Assembly (NCBI GenBank): GCA_965215945.1
Contig: CBDCFC010000018.1
Span: 61,740-125,739 of the forward strand
DNA length: 64,000 nucleotides
Direction: 5' to 3'
Source: Arenicellales bacterium
GTDB lineage: Bacteria; Pseudomonadota; Gammaproteobacteria; Arenicellales; JAHEKD01
Shown here: one piece after another, positions 51,939 to 63,629 of the stretch
How positions within the stretch are numbered: position 1 is the first letter of the stretch
How the letters are laid out: every line of letters starts with the position of its first letter
Position numbers and translations under genes: made by a program
The notes under the pieces: model-generated
What the model saw: only the letters and a program-made list of their open reading frames with translations
What the model was told of the DNA's origin: nothing
Databases searched by the model: none

Positions 51939-53229
51939 TCAAGATGACTCATCTTCCTCAGGATTTCTTAGTTGCCCTAGGGGTAACCAATCATAAGTTC
52001 TTTGCACCACAATGGGTCTTTTATCAAACCCATCATCAAAGTTAAGGTACACCAAACTTTCTAAGTTAAAACTAATACCGTTTGTTTTCTGGATAAAGCT
52101 TTCAATTAGAAAAAACCGACTATATTCATCTGCAACCAATCGGATACTTTCTTTTATTTGTTCTAAATCTAGTGCTTGGCCAGGGCTAATAGGTACACTG
52201 TTAGCATAGAGTTGGATAAAATCTCTGGCATCATTTCTGTTTGTGCCGGCCCCTCTTTGAAATTTACCTTGTTCCTGTAAGAATATACCCATTGCACTTT
52301 GATTATTATAAATCGCAAACAATCCGGCTAACAATTCTGGTGCAGCTGTATTCACATTTAGTTTGGTCAAAGCCGGTGAATTGGGGCCGTCAAATCCCTG
52401 TGCTCCTTGTATATTAGGACTGAACGCCTGCTTATAAGGCGCGAAGTTAGCCATGTAAACGGGTAAGGCAACTATATACTCTGATAATTTATTCATTAGT
52501 TGGGGCGTCATGCCGAGCACGTTTTCGAGTTCGCCAATGCTGGTTATGGGTCGATTGGGTGGCCTGAACGTGGAATCTGCACGCCTGTAGACGTCATCTT
52601 CAGTGAATAAGATGACCGAACGTGAGTCATCATCATGATCTAGCCAATCGATAATTTCATTCGTTATTTTATCTGTATCAATATCAAAATCATCGTTGTT
52701 AATTTGCCTGATCAATTCTTTGAAAATCGTGACATTATTTTGAAATGCCCGTTTAACATTGATGTCAGCGCTGTTAGCAAAATGCAGATTATTGATATTA
52801 AAAAAACGATTCAAATCAGTGATATATAAAGCATCTTGTTGAACAAAATCGTTTGTTAAATCAGCCTTTATGAATTCCGGGGGTTTGCGGTTTTGACCAG
52901 GATTCAAACAGCGAATCATTATGCGGGTCATAACTGAGCGGATTATCTTCATCATCAAACAGTTTTACGGAATTATCACCAAATCTTTCTTCTTGATCGG
53001 GAAAGAAATCAAAAAAATTATCGCGATATAAAACATCAATACCGTAGTTTTCAACGGCTCTAGTCAGTAACAAAAATTGTTCATTTTCGATGCGTTGCTG
53101 TGTTTTTCGCATCACCGTATAGCCTGAGTCGATCAGATATACCGCTGACGCTGAAACCACTGCAACTATCAATATTGCAGTAATCAGAGCAATGCCTTTC
53201 TGGTCGGTTTTAGCTTTCCAGGCTGGCAC
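51939..53229 (-). CDS. gspK: T2SS minor pseudopilin K (frameshift near 52940)
   Basis: QKGIALITAILIV N-terminus (52861-53229) and IIDWLDHD...ELENVLGMT...LNVNTA in 51939-52958. Confidence 0.85.
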
Positions 53230-53887
53230 TGCCGACCTCCAATACCCGATAATAGTCTCGTCCTGATAGTGTTTTAACCGTGATTTTGACTAATTTAGGC
53301 AGTGAATATAGGCTTTCGTCAAAATCGTTTGTGAAAGCTTGTTCATTATAGTCGGTCTGGTCTTCATCATCACCATCACTGAATACGCTAATTTCAAATG
53401 ACTCAATGTCGCTTGCCACACGCTGGATGTGTTGTAATTGCGGATCTTTATCGCCAAGCGTGCGATCTTTTAAATCAAGCTCGTTCCATGAATATCGATA
53501 GACAGAATTATTGTCTAGGCGCCAGGATACTCTGAAATTAACTTGCGCCATCTTGTTAAGCGGTGTTGGCCTGGAAGTTGTAAATTGCATTTTTTCTCCA
53601 GTAAATACCGGACGATTTTTATAGACTTCTAAAGCGGCATAAGTCGCATTATTGTAATGAACCGGACGTGCAACCATGTAACGAACGTCCTGTTCTAACA
53701 AGGCAAAAACTTTTTGAATTTGCTCCAGGCGCTGATGGGCCTGTTCGATTTTTTGACTTTGATCAAAAAAACGGATCAGGCTGGCATAACTGACGGTGCT
53801 GATGACTGCAAAAATAGCCACAGCAATCACTATTTCTAATAGCGTAAAGCCGGACTGTCTAGTTTGTGATTTGCAGTTGGTCATCAT
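53210..53887 (-). CDS. gspJ: T2SS minor pseudopilin J
   Basis: Prepilin motif SGFTLLEIVIA and LEQDVRYM. Confidence 0.9.
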   Translation of the reverse strand: MMTNCKSQTRQSGFTLLEIVIAVAIFAVISTVSYASLIRFFDQSQKIEQAHQRLEQIQKVFALLEQDVRYMVARPVHYNNATYAALEVYKNRPVFTGEKMQFTTSRPTPLNKMAQVNFRVSWRLDNNSVYRYSWNELDLKDRTLGDKDPQLQHIQRVASDIESFEISVFSDGDDEDQTDYNEQAFTNDFDESLYSLPKLVKITVKTLSGRDYYRVLEVGSASLES

Positions 53888-54293
53888 CGACTAGTTTTGG
53901 TTTTGGGTTTAGAAAATAGCTGAATAAACTTGCGACCTGGTACTCACCGCGTTTATCAAGCGAGACATTAACTTCAATTCGCCGGATATTTTCATCTTTT
54001 GTTTCTTTAATAGTGTGAACCACATACCATTCGCGACCGGCCATTTGCACATCTACTTTGCGCTCACCAGTTTGTGGCCAGCTATTGAAGGCTTTAAGCT
54101 CGGTCATAGTGTTACTGGCGACCCAGTTGCCAATCATGCGTTCTTCAACCCTGGATGTCAGTCTTGTGCCCTGAGTTAGAGCACTAAACAACGCAGTGAG
54201 TGCAATGGCAACTACGGCCAGAGCAGCTAGTACCTCAAGCAAGGTAAAACCTTTATGTTTTTTCAACTTATTGAATCTGGATTTCAACATCAT
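53859..54293 (-). CDS. gspI: T2SS minor pseudopilin I
   Basis: KGFTLLEVLAAL, WVASN and MAGREW motifs. Confidence 0.9.
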   Translation of the reverse strand: MMLKSRFNKLKKHKGFTLLEVLAALAVVAIALTALFSALTQGTRLTSRVEERMIGNWVASNTMTELKAFNSWPQTGERKVDVQMAGREWYVVHTIKETKDENIRRIEVNVSLDKRGEYQVASLFSYFLNPKPKLVDDDQLQITN

Positions 54294-54813
54294 CAAATTC
54301 ATCAGTAGTGACGATATAGTTTTTGGTTTCACCGCTAAGGATCAAATTGGCCGGCTCAAATTCTAAGAATGGTGTGATTAAGGCAATCTCTGAATTTGAA
54401 GATCGCCTACTCGATTTTTCCTCTGTTATATTATCAGGGCCATTTTCAGAGGTTTCCGCCTTGCGTTTCTGGATCTTTGTTCTGACTCGCTCATTGATTT
54501 TATGCGGGCTTAGCAATTTACTACCCGCTTTGGCATTGAGCCGATTCCAATTTTGTTGAACCGGGTCTACGTAAAGAAAAAAGTAGGTATTTCTTTTCTT
54601 ATCCAGCCTTAAACTGAGTATTCGCCCGGTATAAGCACTGTATTCTTTGGTGTAATTAAGAACTCTGGCAAAACGTTTGGCTTCATTGTGGGCGACGGTA
54701 TCAAGATTACGATCAAAATTTAAACCTACAAGACCCAGCACCACGCCCATTATTGCAACAACAATGAGTATTTCTAATAAGGTAAACCCTGCATATTTTT
54801 TTATGGATGCCAT
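54268..54813 (-). CDS. gspH: T2SS minor pseudopilin H
   Basis: AGFTLLEILIV; position between gspG and gspI. Confidence 0.85.
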   Translation of the reverse strand: MASIKKYAGFTLLEILIVVAIMGVVLGLVGLNFDRNLDTVAHNEAKRFARVLNYTKEYSAYTGRILSLRLDKKRNTYFFLYVDPVQQNWNRLNAKAGSKLLSPHKINERVRTKIQKRKAETSENGPDNITEEKSSRRSSNSEIALITPFLEFEPANLILSGETKNYIVTTDEFDDVEIQIQ

Positions 54814-54985
54814 CTCATTTATTATCGTTCGCGTAAGCGACAGAATACCACGGGCTTGCCCGTGGATGAATGAGTGTATATAGACTGAACATCGCTCCAC
54901 TATAAAGCGCGATGTTCATCGGATCAGCCCAAAGGGCTGTTGCGGTAAGCACCTCGGGTTTACCCGGGGGAATCTATGAGTCGCT

Positions 54986-55429
54986 CTATTCATCAAGATT
55001 CCAGTTGCCTATGTCCCTGTTTTCATCGACACCACCGTCTTTTCCATCTGCACCGTGTGACCAGAGATCAAATTCACCATTTTTACCAGGCCGCCGATAT
55101 TGATAGTCATTGCCCCATGGGTCTTTGGGAACAGTTTTGCTATTTAGATAACCCCCTTTTTGCCAATTCTTGGCATTGCCGGGTTTACTGACCAGCGCAT
55201 TAAGACCCTCCTGGGTTGCCGGATAGCTGAAATTATCCAACTTGTAGAGTTCAAGTGCCTGGCTGATAGTTCTGATGTCCGTTTTAGCTCGCACCTGTAG
55301 GGCTTGTTCCTGGCGGCCAATTACTTTTGGCAACACCATTGTGGCCAACAGACCAATTATAATTACCACTACCATGATTTCGATGAGAGTGAAACCGCGT
55401 TGTTTGTTTTGTTGTTTAGATTTAGACAT
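54986..55429 (-). CDS. gspG: T2SS major pseudopilin G
   Basis: RGFTLIEIMVV, YKLDN..YP...GL.AL, DPWGNDYQY and GADG..GG. Confidence 0.96.
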   Translation of the reverse strand: MSKSKQQNKQRGFTLIEIMVVVIIIGLLATMVLPKVIGRQEQALQVRAKTDIRTISQALELYKLDNFSYPATQEGLNALVSKPGNAKNWQKGGYLNSKTVPKDPWGNDYQYRRPGKNGEFDLWSHGADGKDGGVDENRDIGNWNLDE

Positions 55430-55443
55430 TTGATCACCAGTAA

Positions 55444-56683
55444 CTAAATAATATCGTTCAAATTAATAATCGGCATTAACACGGCCAAGACGATGACAAC
55501 CACGACTAATGCCATAATGACAACCATCATCGGCTGGAATAAGCTAATAAAAGTATCCAGTCTTGCTTCAAATTCGCTTTCGGTTGACTGCGCAGCTTTT
55601 TCAAGCATCATGTCAAGCTTACCACTAGACTCTCCGCTGTTAACCATTTGCACTAACATTGGCGGAAACACAGCCAGCTCTTTCTAACGCTCTGTTTAAA
55701 CTCGCCCCTTCTGAAACGTCAATAGCGGCTTTGTCCATGGCCAGGCGCATGAACTGATTGCTCAATACTTTTGCACTGGCTTTCATTGCAGCTAATAATG
55801 GTACACCACTGCCAACCATTATTGATAAAGTGCGTGACATTTTCGCCGTATTCAAGACCACGAATTAGTTTTTTAAACAAAGGGTAGTTTTAAGTATTGT
55901 TCATCTAGCCACAGATCGAGGACCTTCGCGCTTGAAATAGGCCGCAGATGAGTATACCTCCCACAATCAAGATTATCCCTAGTAATAATCCATAATTTTG
56001 CATGAAATCACTAATGCTGAAATTATGATTCGAGTAATTAGCGGTAATTCTTGATCATTGTCAGCATAGACTGATGTGCTCTTGGGGATAATATATGTCA
56101 CTAACAAAATCACAACTAAAATTGAAAAAATAAGAATAAATATTGGATAGGCAAGTTTATTAGAAATATCCTTTTTGCAGGCGTTGCCGGGTTTCAGTGT
56201 AATCAGCCAATCGCTCCATGATCTCGGGTAGTTTGCCGGTTTGCTCACCAGCACTTACAGAAGCAATATAAAGATTATCAAACGTTCTAGGATATAAAGC
56301 CATTGCATCTGCAAGTGATCGCCCTTCTAACACTGAGGAACGTATTCCGGTCAGATACAGCTTGTGTGCTTAATGATTCTGCTTGCTTGATTAAGGCGTT
56401 CAGGCTGTCTTCTACTGTTAAACCAGACCCAAGCAGTGTTGCTAATTGACGGATCATCACAGAAAACTCAGTAGAATTTATTTTATGGCGGCCGCCTGTA
56501 CTTGTCGAAACTGATTTTGAAGTTTTTTTATTCGCTTTTGAGTCTGTGACTGATTTAAGATCAAGCGGAGTTAAGCCAAGCTCACGTAATTTATCACGAG
56601 CAAGTCTGAGCCGTATCTGCTGTTAAAACCCCTTTTTTAGTACGCCCACTTTCATCAAGCGCTTGATACTCGAATGCCCCCAT
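55444..56683 (-). CDS. gspF: T2SS inner-membrane protein F (several frameshifts)
   Basis: The start reads MGAFEYQALD; fragments have LAYPIF, LSIMVGSGVPLL and FPPMLVQMVNSGESSGKL. Confidence 0.85.
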
Positions 56684-56689
56684 ATTGAA

Positions 56690-58239
56690 TTATTCTTCCT
56701 GGGTTACACGCAGAACTTCGTCAAGCGAAGTTCTGCCATCGAGTACAAGTCCAAATCCATAACGAGTGATTGATGGTGTTGTCTGGCGAACGTATTGCAA
56801 CATGTCAGACTCAGAACGATTATCATGAATCATGTTTCGTAGTTCATCGTCGAGAAATTATCATTTCAAATATACCTGAGCGACCACGATAACCAACCTG
56901 GTCACATTGTTCACAACCGTTAGCTCGGAAACAACTGGACATTATCAGTCGAAGGCAAAAATAATAATGACAGTTCACGTTCAGTGGCTTGATAATGTTG
57001 TTTGCAATTGCTCACATAAAGTTCTGAACTAATCGTTGTGCAACCATTGCGGTCATGCTAGAAGCAATCAAGAATGGTTCAACACCCATATCGACCAAAC
57101 GCTTGTTACTGCACCAATTGCCGTATTAGTATGTAGTGTGGATAATACTAAGTGACCAGTTAAACTGGCCTGAACAGAAATTTGTGCTGTTTCTAAATCA
57201 CGAATCTCACCGACCAAAACCACATCTGGATCTTGTCGTAAGATTGATCGTAAGCCACTTGCGAATGTCATTGCTATCTTGGGTAGAACCTGTGATTGTC
57301 CGACTCCCTCAAGATCATATTCAACCCGGATCTTCGATGGTGAGTATATTTAAACGCTTTGCGATCTAAGACCAGTTAGACCAGCATATAGTGTTGTAGT
57401 TTTACCCCGAGCCTGTGGGTCCTGTAAGCAAAATTATGCCATGTGGTGTCTGCATGATTTGTTCGAACTTTGTCTCGCAGTTCTGCATTCATTCCCAACT
57501 GGCCTACATCAAGCATAGCACCTTGTTTATCCAGTATTCGAAGGCACGACTCTCTCACCATGTTGGGTCGGTAATGTTGACACACGAATATCAATAGGTC
57601 TTTCACCTAATCGAATAGATATTCGACCATCCTGTGGCAACCTTTTTTCTGCTATATCGAGCTTTGGCCATGACCTTCAAGGCGGGAAACCTAGCGCACT
57701 ATGTAATGCGCGTTGAACAGTAAGAATATCTTTAAGTATGCCGTCGACACGTAGCCGTACAACCGAATCATTTTCAAAATGCTTCCAGATGAATATCCGA
57801 AGCACCTTCTCGGACTGCTTGTGACAACAACGCATTAATTAAGCGAACTATGGGGGCATGGTCTTCTGTTTCTAACAGGTCGGTTGTAACTGGAACTTCC
57901 TGTGACAGCATTTCCAAATCAATTTCGTCACCCAGAGGTGTCAACCATATCACTGGCTTGGGAGCGACCTTTATCATAAGCACGACTAAGAACAAATTGA
58001 AAATCATCATTCGGTAGAGTCACAATATTTAATTTCGAATCAGAATACTGACGCTTAATTTCCGAAATAATTTCCAGTGTCGGTTTATTGCTGGTTATTA
58101 CAGCAGCGGAATCATCAGGGAGTATTTACCGACTAAAACACGAATGGCGTTTGGCAAATTGATACGGGATACGGTTAATCCATTCCGCATCCGCATTACT
58201 CAATAATTCTTCAACTTGCTGGCGAGCCAGTTCTGCCAT
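56690..58239 (-). CDS. gspE: T2SS ATPase E (several frameshifts)
   Basis: Fragments show [15 protein letters not shown], a Walker A region TGPTGx[17 protein letters not shown] and [13 protein letters not shown]. Confidence 0.88.
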
Positions 58240-58245
58240 TTTGTA

Positions 58246-60507
58246 CTACCTTCCGCTGCGCTGTTTTTCTTTTTCCCAGTCGATATCGGGTAATACAGGC
58301 GGTTCAGTATCACGAATCAGCAATCGTGTATCAGGCAGGCTTAGTAATTCTTCTTCCTGAAGTTGCAAATACTTTTGTTGAGTTGTGTCAGCAATATCCG
58401 AATGGTTATCAACAATTTTGGGTCTAAGAAAAACCATTAAATTTCGCCTGATTGCTGTTTTTTCTTTGTCCCGAAATAAAGCACCTACTAGAGGAATCCG
58501 ACTTAGTACAGGAACACGCTGTATTGAGTCATTGAAATCTTCTTGCGTTAGGCCACCTAAAACTACGATTTGCCCGTCGTCAACTTCAGTAACAGTTTTT
58601 ATATTGCGTGTATCTGTAATGAGATCAGAAGCATCTTCTAGTTGTATAGGGGCAATGTTTGAAACCTCCTGTTCGATTTCCATACGAATGACATCACCCT
58701 GGTTGATCTGAGGCTTTATTTTAAGTTTGACACCGATATCTTTACGTTCAATATTTTGGTTCTGTAATAAACCAGTCGTATCACCATCCTGTTCAACAGT
58801 TCCAGTCGAGGTTGTTCTACTGGTAATAAATGGAACTTCTTGGCCTACTACTAACTCTGCTTCTTCATTTTCTAGTGTTAAAACAGTTGGAGTAGATAAT
58901 ATATTTGTGTTTGTATCGGTCCGTAGCGCATTTAAAACAGCACTAAGCTCAGGAACGACTGTTGTGCCGCCAACAATAACTTGTCCGGTTAGAAAACCTA
59001 TATTAATGCCACCACCACCGGCACCCCCTGTGACATTCTGATCCAGGCCAAAGTTTGTATTGGCCTCGATTGTTCCCTGGCTAAGTCGATCGTTAAATAC
59101 ACCTTGCCATTGAATACCCAATGATTGTTGATAATTTTCACCAACCTCGGCAACAATCGCTTCAACAAAGACTTGTGAACGCCTAATATCAAGTTGGTCG
59201 ATAATCGCCTGTATTTCAGCAAAATCAGTATCTTCAGAGCGCACGATCAAAGCATTAGTATTTTCATCGGCTTCTACTGTTACAGTAACTGCGCCCGCAC
59301 CTGTTGCACCGTCTTCTCCGGTGACCTCTTGTTGTTCAGATATAATGTTATTTAAGACTTCTGCAAGATCTTTGGCGTTAGCATACTTGAGGTATGCAAC
59401 ATGGATATTGCCAGCGTTTTCAGGCTTGGGGATATCAATTTGATCGATAATGCTTTTCATCACCAAGTAACGATCATAGGAGGCGCGAATAATCACCGCA
59501 TTAATTGAATCATCAGACTGAATTGAAGTGGAAATTGTCTGCCCGGGTATTTGCCCTTCAACTGGCTGGTCTTGAGTATTTGAAGATTCAAGGTTAGTTA
59601 AGATATTAGCGATACGACTGGCCTTCGCATGTTTGGTGTAAACCACATATATGTCTGAATCTAGTCCTTCTCGTTGAACATCGAGTTTGTCGATAACTTC
59701 TTTTGCACGCAGAAAAATAGATTCCGGGGCCTGTATAACAATTGCATTAATTGCATCATCAGGCTGAATACTAACTCCGGTTGTTGCGGCTGGACGCCCT
59801 TCTGCGGCGGCTTGTGCTTGAATGTTGGCAACGATCTGACTGAGGACACCGGCGATTTTCGAAGCCTTGGTATTGTTTAAATAAACAATATTGATATCCG
59901 AGCGCGTGTCAGGTTGATCAACTTTGTTGATAATGCCAAGTACCCGGTCAATATTAGCCGCTGTACCGGAGATAATTAAGGAGTTGCTGGGTGCATGGGC
60001 AGAAATATAACTGGTGGGTGGCAATAAAGGCTGCACGATCGGTAATATGGTTTGCACCGAGCCATTTTTGACCGCATAAATATAAGTGACAATTTCATCT
60101 CGATTTAGACCTTCAAGTTCAGTAATTGTCGGTGTGGGTTGTTGTCGAACAACATTGCTGGGAACAATCTTAATAACATCACCGGATGGCACTGCAGATA
60201 AATTATGAACATCCAGAACGGACAAAAACACTTCGTAGATTTGATCGGCATTAAGCGGAGTTCCAGAAACAAGAGTGAAATTACCCCGCACACGTGGATC
60301 GATAATGAAATTCCGGCCTGTAAGCTTGGAAATTGAATTAATTAAGCCGCGAATATCAGCGTCTTGAAAGTTCAAGATCACTGTTGCATCGTCAGCCAGC
60401 TCAGTCGTCGCTAATTCTGTTGCGGTTTCCTGAGCAATCACCGGTGATAACGTAATGCCAGTATTCAGCACTACAATTAGTAAAAATCGTGCTATTAGAT
60501 TTAGCAT
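58246..60507 (-). CDS. gspD: T2SS secretin D
   Basis: Signal peptide, NFQDADI N0 domain, three N domains and the secretin core (QVFVEAIV, STPTVLT, VPVLSRIPLVGALF). Confidence 0.96.
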   Translation of the reverse strand: MLNLIARFLLIVVLNTGITLSPVIAQETATELATTELADDATVILNFQDADIRGLINSISKLTGRNFIIDPRVRGNFTLVSGTPLNADQIYEVFLSVLDVHNLSAVPSGDVIKIVPSNVVRQQPTPTITELEGLNRDEIVTYIYAVKNGSVQTILPIVQPLLPPTSYISAHAPSNSLIISGTAANIDRVLGIINKVDQPDTRSDINIVYLNNTKASKIAGVLSQIVANIQAQAAAEGRPAATTGVSIQPDDAINAIVIQAPESIFLRAKEVIDKLDVQREGLDSDIYVVYTKHAKASRIANILTNLESSNTQDQPVEGQIPGQTISTSIQSDDSINAVIIRASYDRYLVMKSIIDQIDIPKPENAGNIHVAYLKYANAKDLAEVLNNIISEQQEVTGEDGATGAGAVTVTVEADENTNALIVRSEDTDFAEIQAIIDQLDIRRSQVFVEAIVAEVGENYQQSLGIQWQGVFNDRLSQGTIEANTNFGLDQNVTGGAGGGGINIGFLTGQVIVGGTTVVPELSAVLNALRTDTNTNILSTPTVLTLENEEAELVVGQEVPFITSRTTSTGTVEQDGDTTGLLQNQNIERKDIGVKLKIKPQINQGDVIRMEIEQEVSNIAPIQLEDASDLITDTRNIKTVTEVDDGQIVVLGGLTQEDFNDSIQRVPVLSRIPLVGALFRDKEKTAIRRNLMVFLRPKIVDNHSDIADTTQQKYLQLQEEELLSLPDTRLLIRDTEPPVLPDIDWEKEKQRSGR

Positions 60508-60513
60508 ATTATT

Positions 60514-61458
60514 CTAGCCCCTGATCCTTGGCTGATTTTGTAAAAACCATTCATATGTTTTTCCTATCCCTGTTGCCAGGTCTATCCTAGTCTGCCAACC
60601 CAGCTCTGTTAGTCTACTTAACTCAAGTAATTTTCTTGGTGTGCCATCGGGCTTGCTGTTGTCATAGACACATTCACCCTCATGACCGACAATAGCCCGT
60701 ATTGTATCTGTTAATTGCCTGATTGTGCACTCCTGGCCTGAACCTATATTAAATACAGCATGTTCTAATTTTTGTTGGTTTATCAAGAAAATGCATGCGT
60801 GTGCCATGTCATCTACATACATAAACTCCCGTAATGCATTACCTGTCCCCCATACCTGTAGTTTATCATTATTTTTAAGCATTGCTTCGTGGGCTTTGCG
60901 TAAAAGAGCGGGCAAGACATGGGCATTTTCAGGATGAAAATTGTCCTCAGGTCCGTAAAGATTAGTGGGCATAACACTAATAAAATCCGTCCCATACTGA
61001 GTATTAAAGGCCTCACACATTTTAAGTCCGGCAATTTTGGCAACCGCATAGGGCTCGTTGGTTGATTCCAGTGGACCGGTGAGCAAATATTCTTCTTTCA
61101 TCGGCTGCGGGCAGTTGCGAGGATAAATACAGGAACTGCCTAAAAATAATAAGCGTTTTACACCTGAATCGTAGGCACTTTTAATCACATTATTTTGAAT
61201 GGTTAAATTTTCGTATATGAAGTCAGCGCGATAAATATTATTGGCCTGTATTCCTCCTACTTTCGCCGCGGCCAGGAAAACATACTCTGGGTTATGCTCT
61301 GTAAAAAAATTCGATACCGAATTTTGATTGCATAAATCAAGTTTGTTTCGATCACAAACAATTAGATTTCCATACCCCTGTGCTGCTAATTGCCGATGAA
61401 TGGCCGATCCCACCATACCATTGTGTCCGGCAATAAATATTTTTGCATCTTTTCTCAT
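60514..61458 (-). CDS. fcl: GDP-L-fucose synthase
   Basis: IAGHNGMVGSA, AAAKVGGI, GSSCIYP, YAVAK and PTNLYGP motifs. Confidence 0.95.
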   Translation of the reverse strand: MRKDAKIFIAGHNGMVGSAIHRQLAAQGYGNLIVCDRNKLDLCNQNSVSNFFTEHNPEYVFLAAAKVGGIQANNIYRADFIYENLTIQNNVIKSAYDSGVKRLLFLGSSCIYPRNCPQPMKEEYLLTGPLESTNEPYAVAKIAGLKMCEAFNTQYGTDFISVMPTNLYGPEDNFHPENAHVLPALLRKAHEAMLKNNDKLQVWGTGNALREFMYVDDMAHACIFLINQQKLEHAVFNIGSGQECTIRQLTDTIRAIVGHEGECVYDNSKPDGTPRKLLELSRLTELGWQTRIDLATGIGKTYEWFLQNQPRIRG

Positions 61459-61466
61459 GAGTTAAG

Positions 61467-62777
61467 TTAATCGAAGTATTCGACACGAATTCGCTTTATT
61501 TTTTCCACGACGCTGGCCAATTGATCGAGTTGAATAAGCGCATCTTGCATTGATGATTCACTAGTTTGGTTGGTTAATATAATCACATCAGCCAGTTCAG
61601 TATCCGATGCAGTGCGTTTTTGCTCAATAGCCTCGATACTAATGCCCTGATCACCCAGAATTCGAGTGACATCAGCGAGAACACCGGGCTGATTGGCCGC
61701 TTTCATATTAAGATAATAAGCACAATTAATTTCTGATATAGGCAAGATAGGCGTATTCGATAGTTGGTCAGGCTGGAAGGCCAGATGCGGTACTCTGTTT
61801 TCGCTGTCCGTGGTCAATGTTCGTACCACGTCAACCAAATCGGCAACCACAGAAGATGCTGTTGGCTCGGCCCCTGCGCCTGGACCATAATACATCGAAG
61901 AACCCACCGCATCGCCATGGACCATAATTGCATTCATTACGCCATTTACATTTGCGATCAAACGTTGCCTGGGAATTAAGGTCGGATGGACCCGCAATTC
62001 AATTCCCTTGGCTGTTCTTTTTGCTAGGCCGAGGTGTTTGATTCGATAACCTAACTCTTTCGCATTGACAATATCATCATAACTAACTTGTGTAATTCCT
62101 TCGGTATAGACCTTGTCAAATTGCAGTGGAACACCAAAAGCAATGGAGGCCAATATGGTTAATTTATGTGCAGCATCAATGCCTTCAACATCAAATGTTG
62201 GATCAGCTTCAGCATAACCAAGTTGCTGGGCTTCACTTAGTACTTCAGCAAAATCACTTTGCTGGCTTTCCATTGAGGTCAAAATAAAATTTCCGGTGCC
62301 ATTAATAATTCCGGCAAGCCATTCAATTCGATTTGCTGCCAGGCCTTCCCTTATCGCTTTTATGACAGGAATACCACCTGCCACCGCTGCCTCAAAGGCA
62401 ACAACTACATGATTTTTATGTGCGGCTGAGAAAATTTCATTCCCGTGAATGGCAATCAAAGCCTTGTTTGCTGATACAACGTGTTTACCATTTTCGATCG
62501 CTTTCAACACGACATCGCGGGCCAGTTCTATGCCCCCCATTAACTCAACAATGACATCAACTTCAGGATGATTTGCAACAGCTAATGGATCATCAGTAAT
62601 GGTTATGTCGGCACCATTAATGTCGCGTTTTTTGCCGGTGTCTTTGACAGCTGCAATAGTAGGAATAATTTGCCGCCCCGCACGGCGGGAAATTTCATCG
62701 GCATTACGCAGCAACACTTTGACTGTGCCTGCGCCCACAGTACCTAGGCCTACGAGTCCTATCTTAACTGGCTTCAC
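61467..62777 (-). CDS. hom: Homoserine dehydrogenase with C-terminal ACT domain
   Basis: GLVGLGTVG, ANKAL, EAAVAGGIP, INGTGN, GYAEADPTFDVEG.DAAHK and an ACT domain. Confidence 0.96.
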   Translation of the reverse strand: MKPVKIGLVGLGTVGAGTVKVLLRNADEISRRAGRQIIPTIAAVKDTGKKRDINGADITITDDPLAVANHPEVDVIVELMGGIELARDVVLKAIENGKHVVSANKALIAIHGNEIFSAAHKNHVVVAFEAAVAGGIPVIKAIREGLAANRIEWLAGIINGTGNFILTSMESQQSDFAEVLSEAQQLGYAEADPTFDVEGIDAAHKLTILASIAFGVPLQFDKVYTEGITQVSYDDIVNAKELGYRIKHLGLAKRTAKGIELRVHPTLIPRQRLIANVNGVMNAIMVHGDAVGSSMYYGPGAGAEPTASSVVADLVDVVRTLTTDSENRVPHLAFQPDQLSNTPILPISEINCAYYLNMKAANQPGVLADVTRILGDQGISIEAIEQKRTASDTELADVIILTNQTSESSMQDALIQLDQLASVVEKIKRIRVEYFD

Positions 62778-62813
62778 ATTCTTTCCTTTGAATAAAACGA
62801 CTAAAGCGCGATT

Positions 62814-63629
62814 TTATCCTACTTTTTTGGGTAAAAGGCTAAGAGGACTAACTGGTTTGCCATTTTTTCGAATCTCGAAATGTAGTTTGGCCTGGTTGGC
62901 ATCGGAACTGCCAACCTCGGCAATTTTTTGGCCTTGTGAAATTTGGTCGCCCTCTTTGACATTCAATGATTGATTGTGCGCATAAGCGCTAAGATAAGTT
63001 TCATTGTGTTTGATAATAATCAGATTGCCATAGCCTTTTAAACCGTTACCGGCATAAACGACTTTTCCGGAGGCAGTTGCTTTAACATCAGCACCACGGT
63101 GGCTAATAATATCCAGGCCGTTATTTTGGCTGGATTTTTTATAATTAACGATGTTCAAAGCGGCAATTGGCCAGCGCCAGGAATTATCGAATGGCACAAA
63201 CTTTAGATTGGCGACCTCGGGTTGCGGCCGGGTTTCGGGTTCCTCGACCTCAGGTTGAGGTGGTTTGACGATTTCGGTTTCTGGCTGTTTAACTTCAATT
63301 TGATTGGTTTGCGCTTCAACGGGTCTAATTACATCATTCGTGACGTTCTTGTCATAGTTTTCAGGTTTAACCAGTGTTATTTTTTGGCCACGCTTGATCA
63401 AATATGGGTCGGGAATGCTATTCCAGGCCGCAAGTTCTTTATAATCAAGTCCCGCTAAAAAGGCGATGCTATACAATGTGTCACCGCTACCAGCTATATG
63501 AACAGTTTTTTTTGGTTTTACAAAAGATTGGTCATCGAGTGGTACTACGGGCGGCTGTGAACAGGCGGCCAGTAGTAAATAAGCGAGTGAAAATGTCAGT
63601 GTAGTTCGTTTTTTATTTATAAGTGGCAT
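62814..63629 (-). CDS. nlpD: LysM/M23 lipoprotein NlpD
   Basis: Lipobox LAAC, LysM GDTLYSIA and M23 NGLDI...YGNLIIIKH...AYAHN...LHFEIR. Confidence 0.9.
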   Translation of the reverse strand: MPLINKKRTTLTFSLAYLLLAACSQPPVVPLDDQSFVKPKKTVHIAGSGDTLYSIAFLAGLDYKELAAWNSIPDPYLIKRGQKITLVKPENYDKNVTNDVIRPVEAQTNQIEVKQPETEIVKPPQPEVEEPETRPQPEVANLKFVPFDNSWRWPIAALNIVNYKKSSQNNGLDIISHRGADVKATASGKVVYAGNGLKGYGNLIIIKHNETYLSAYAHNQSLNVKEGDQISQGQKIAEVGSSDANQAKLHFEIRKNGKPVSPLSLLPKKVG

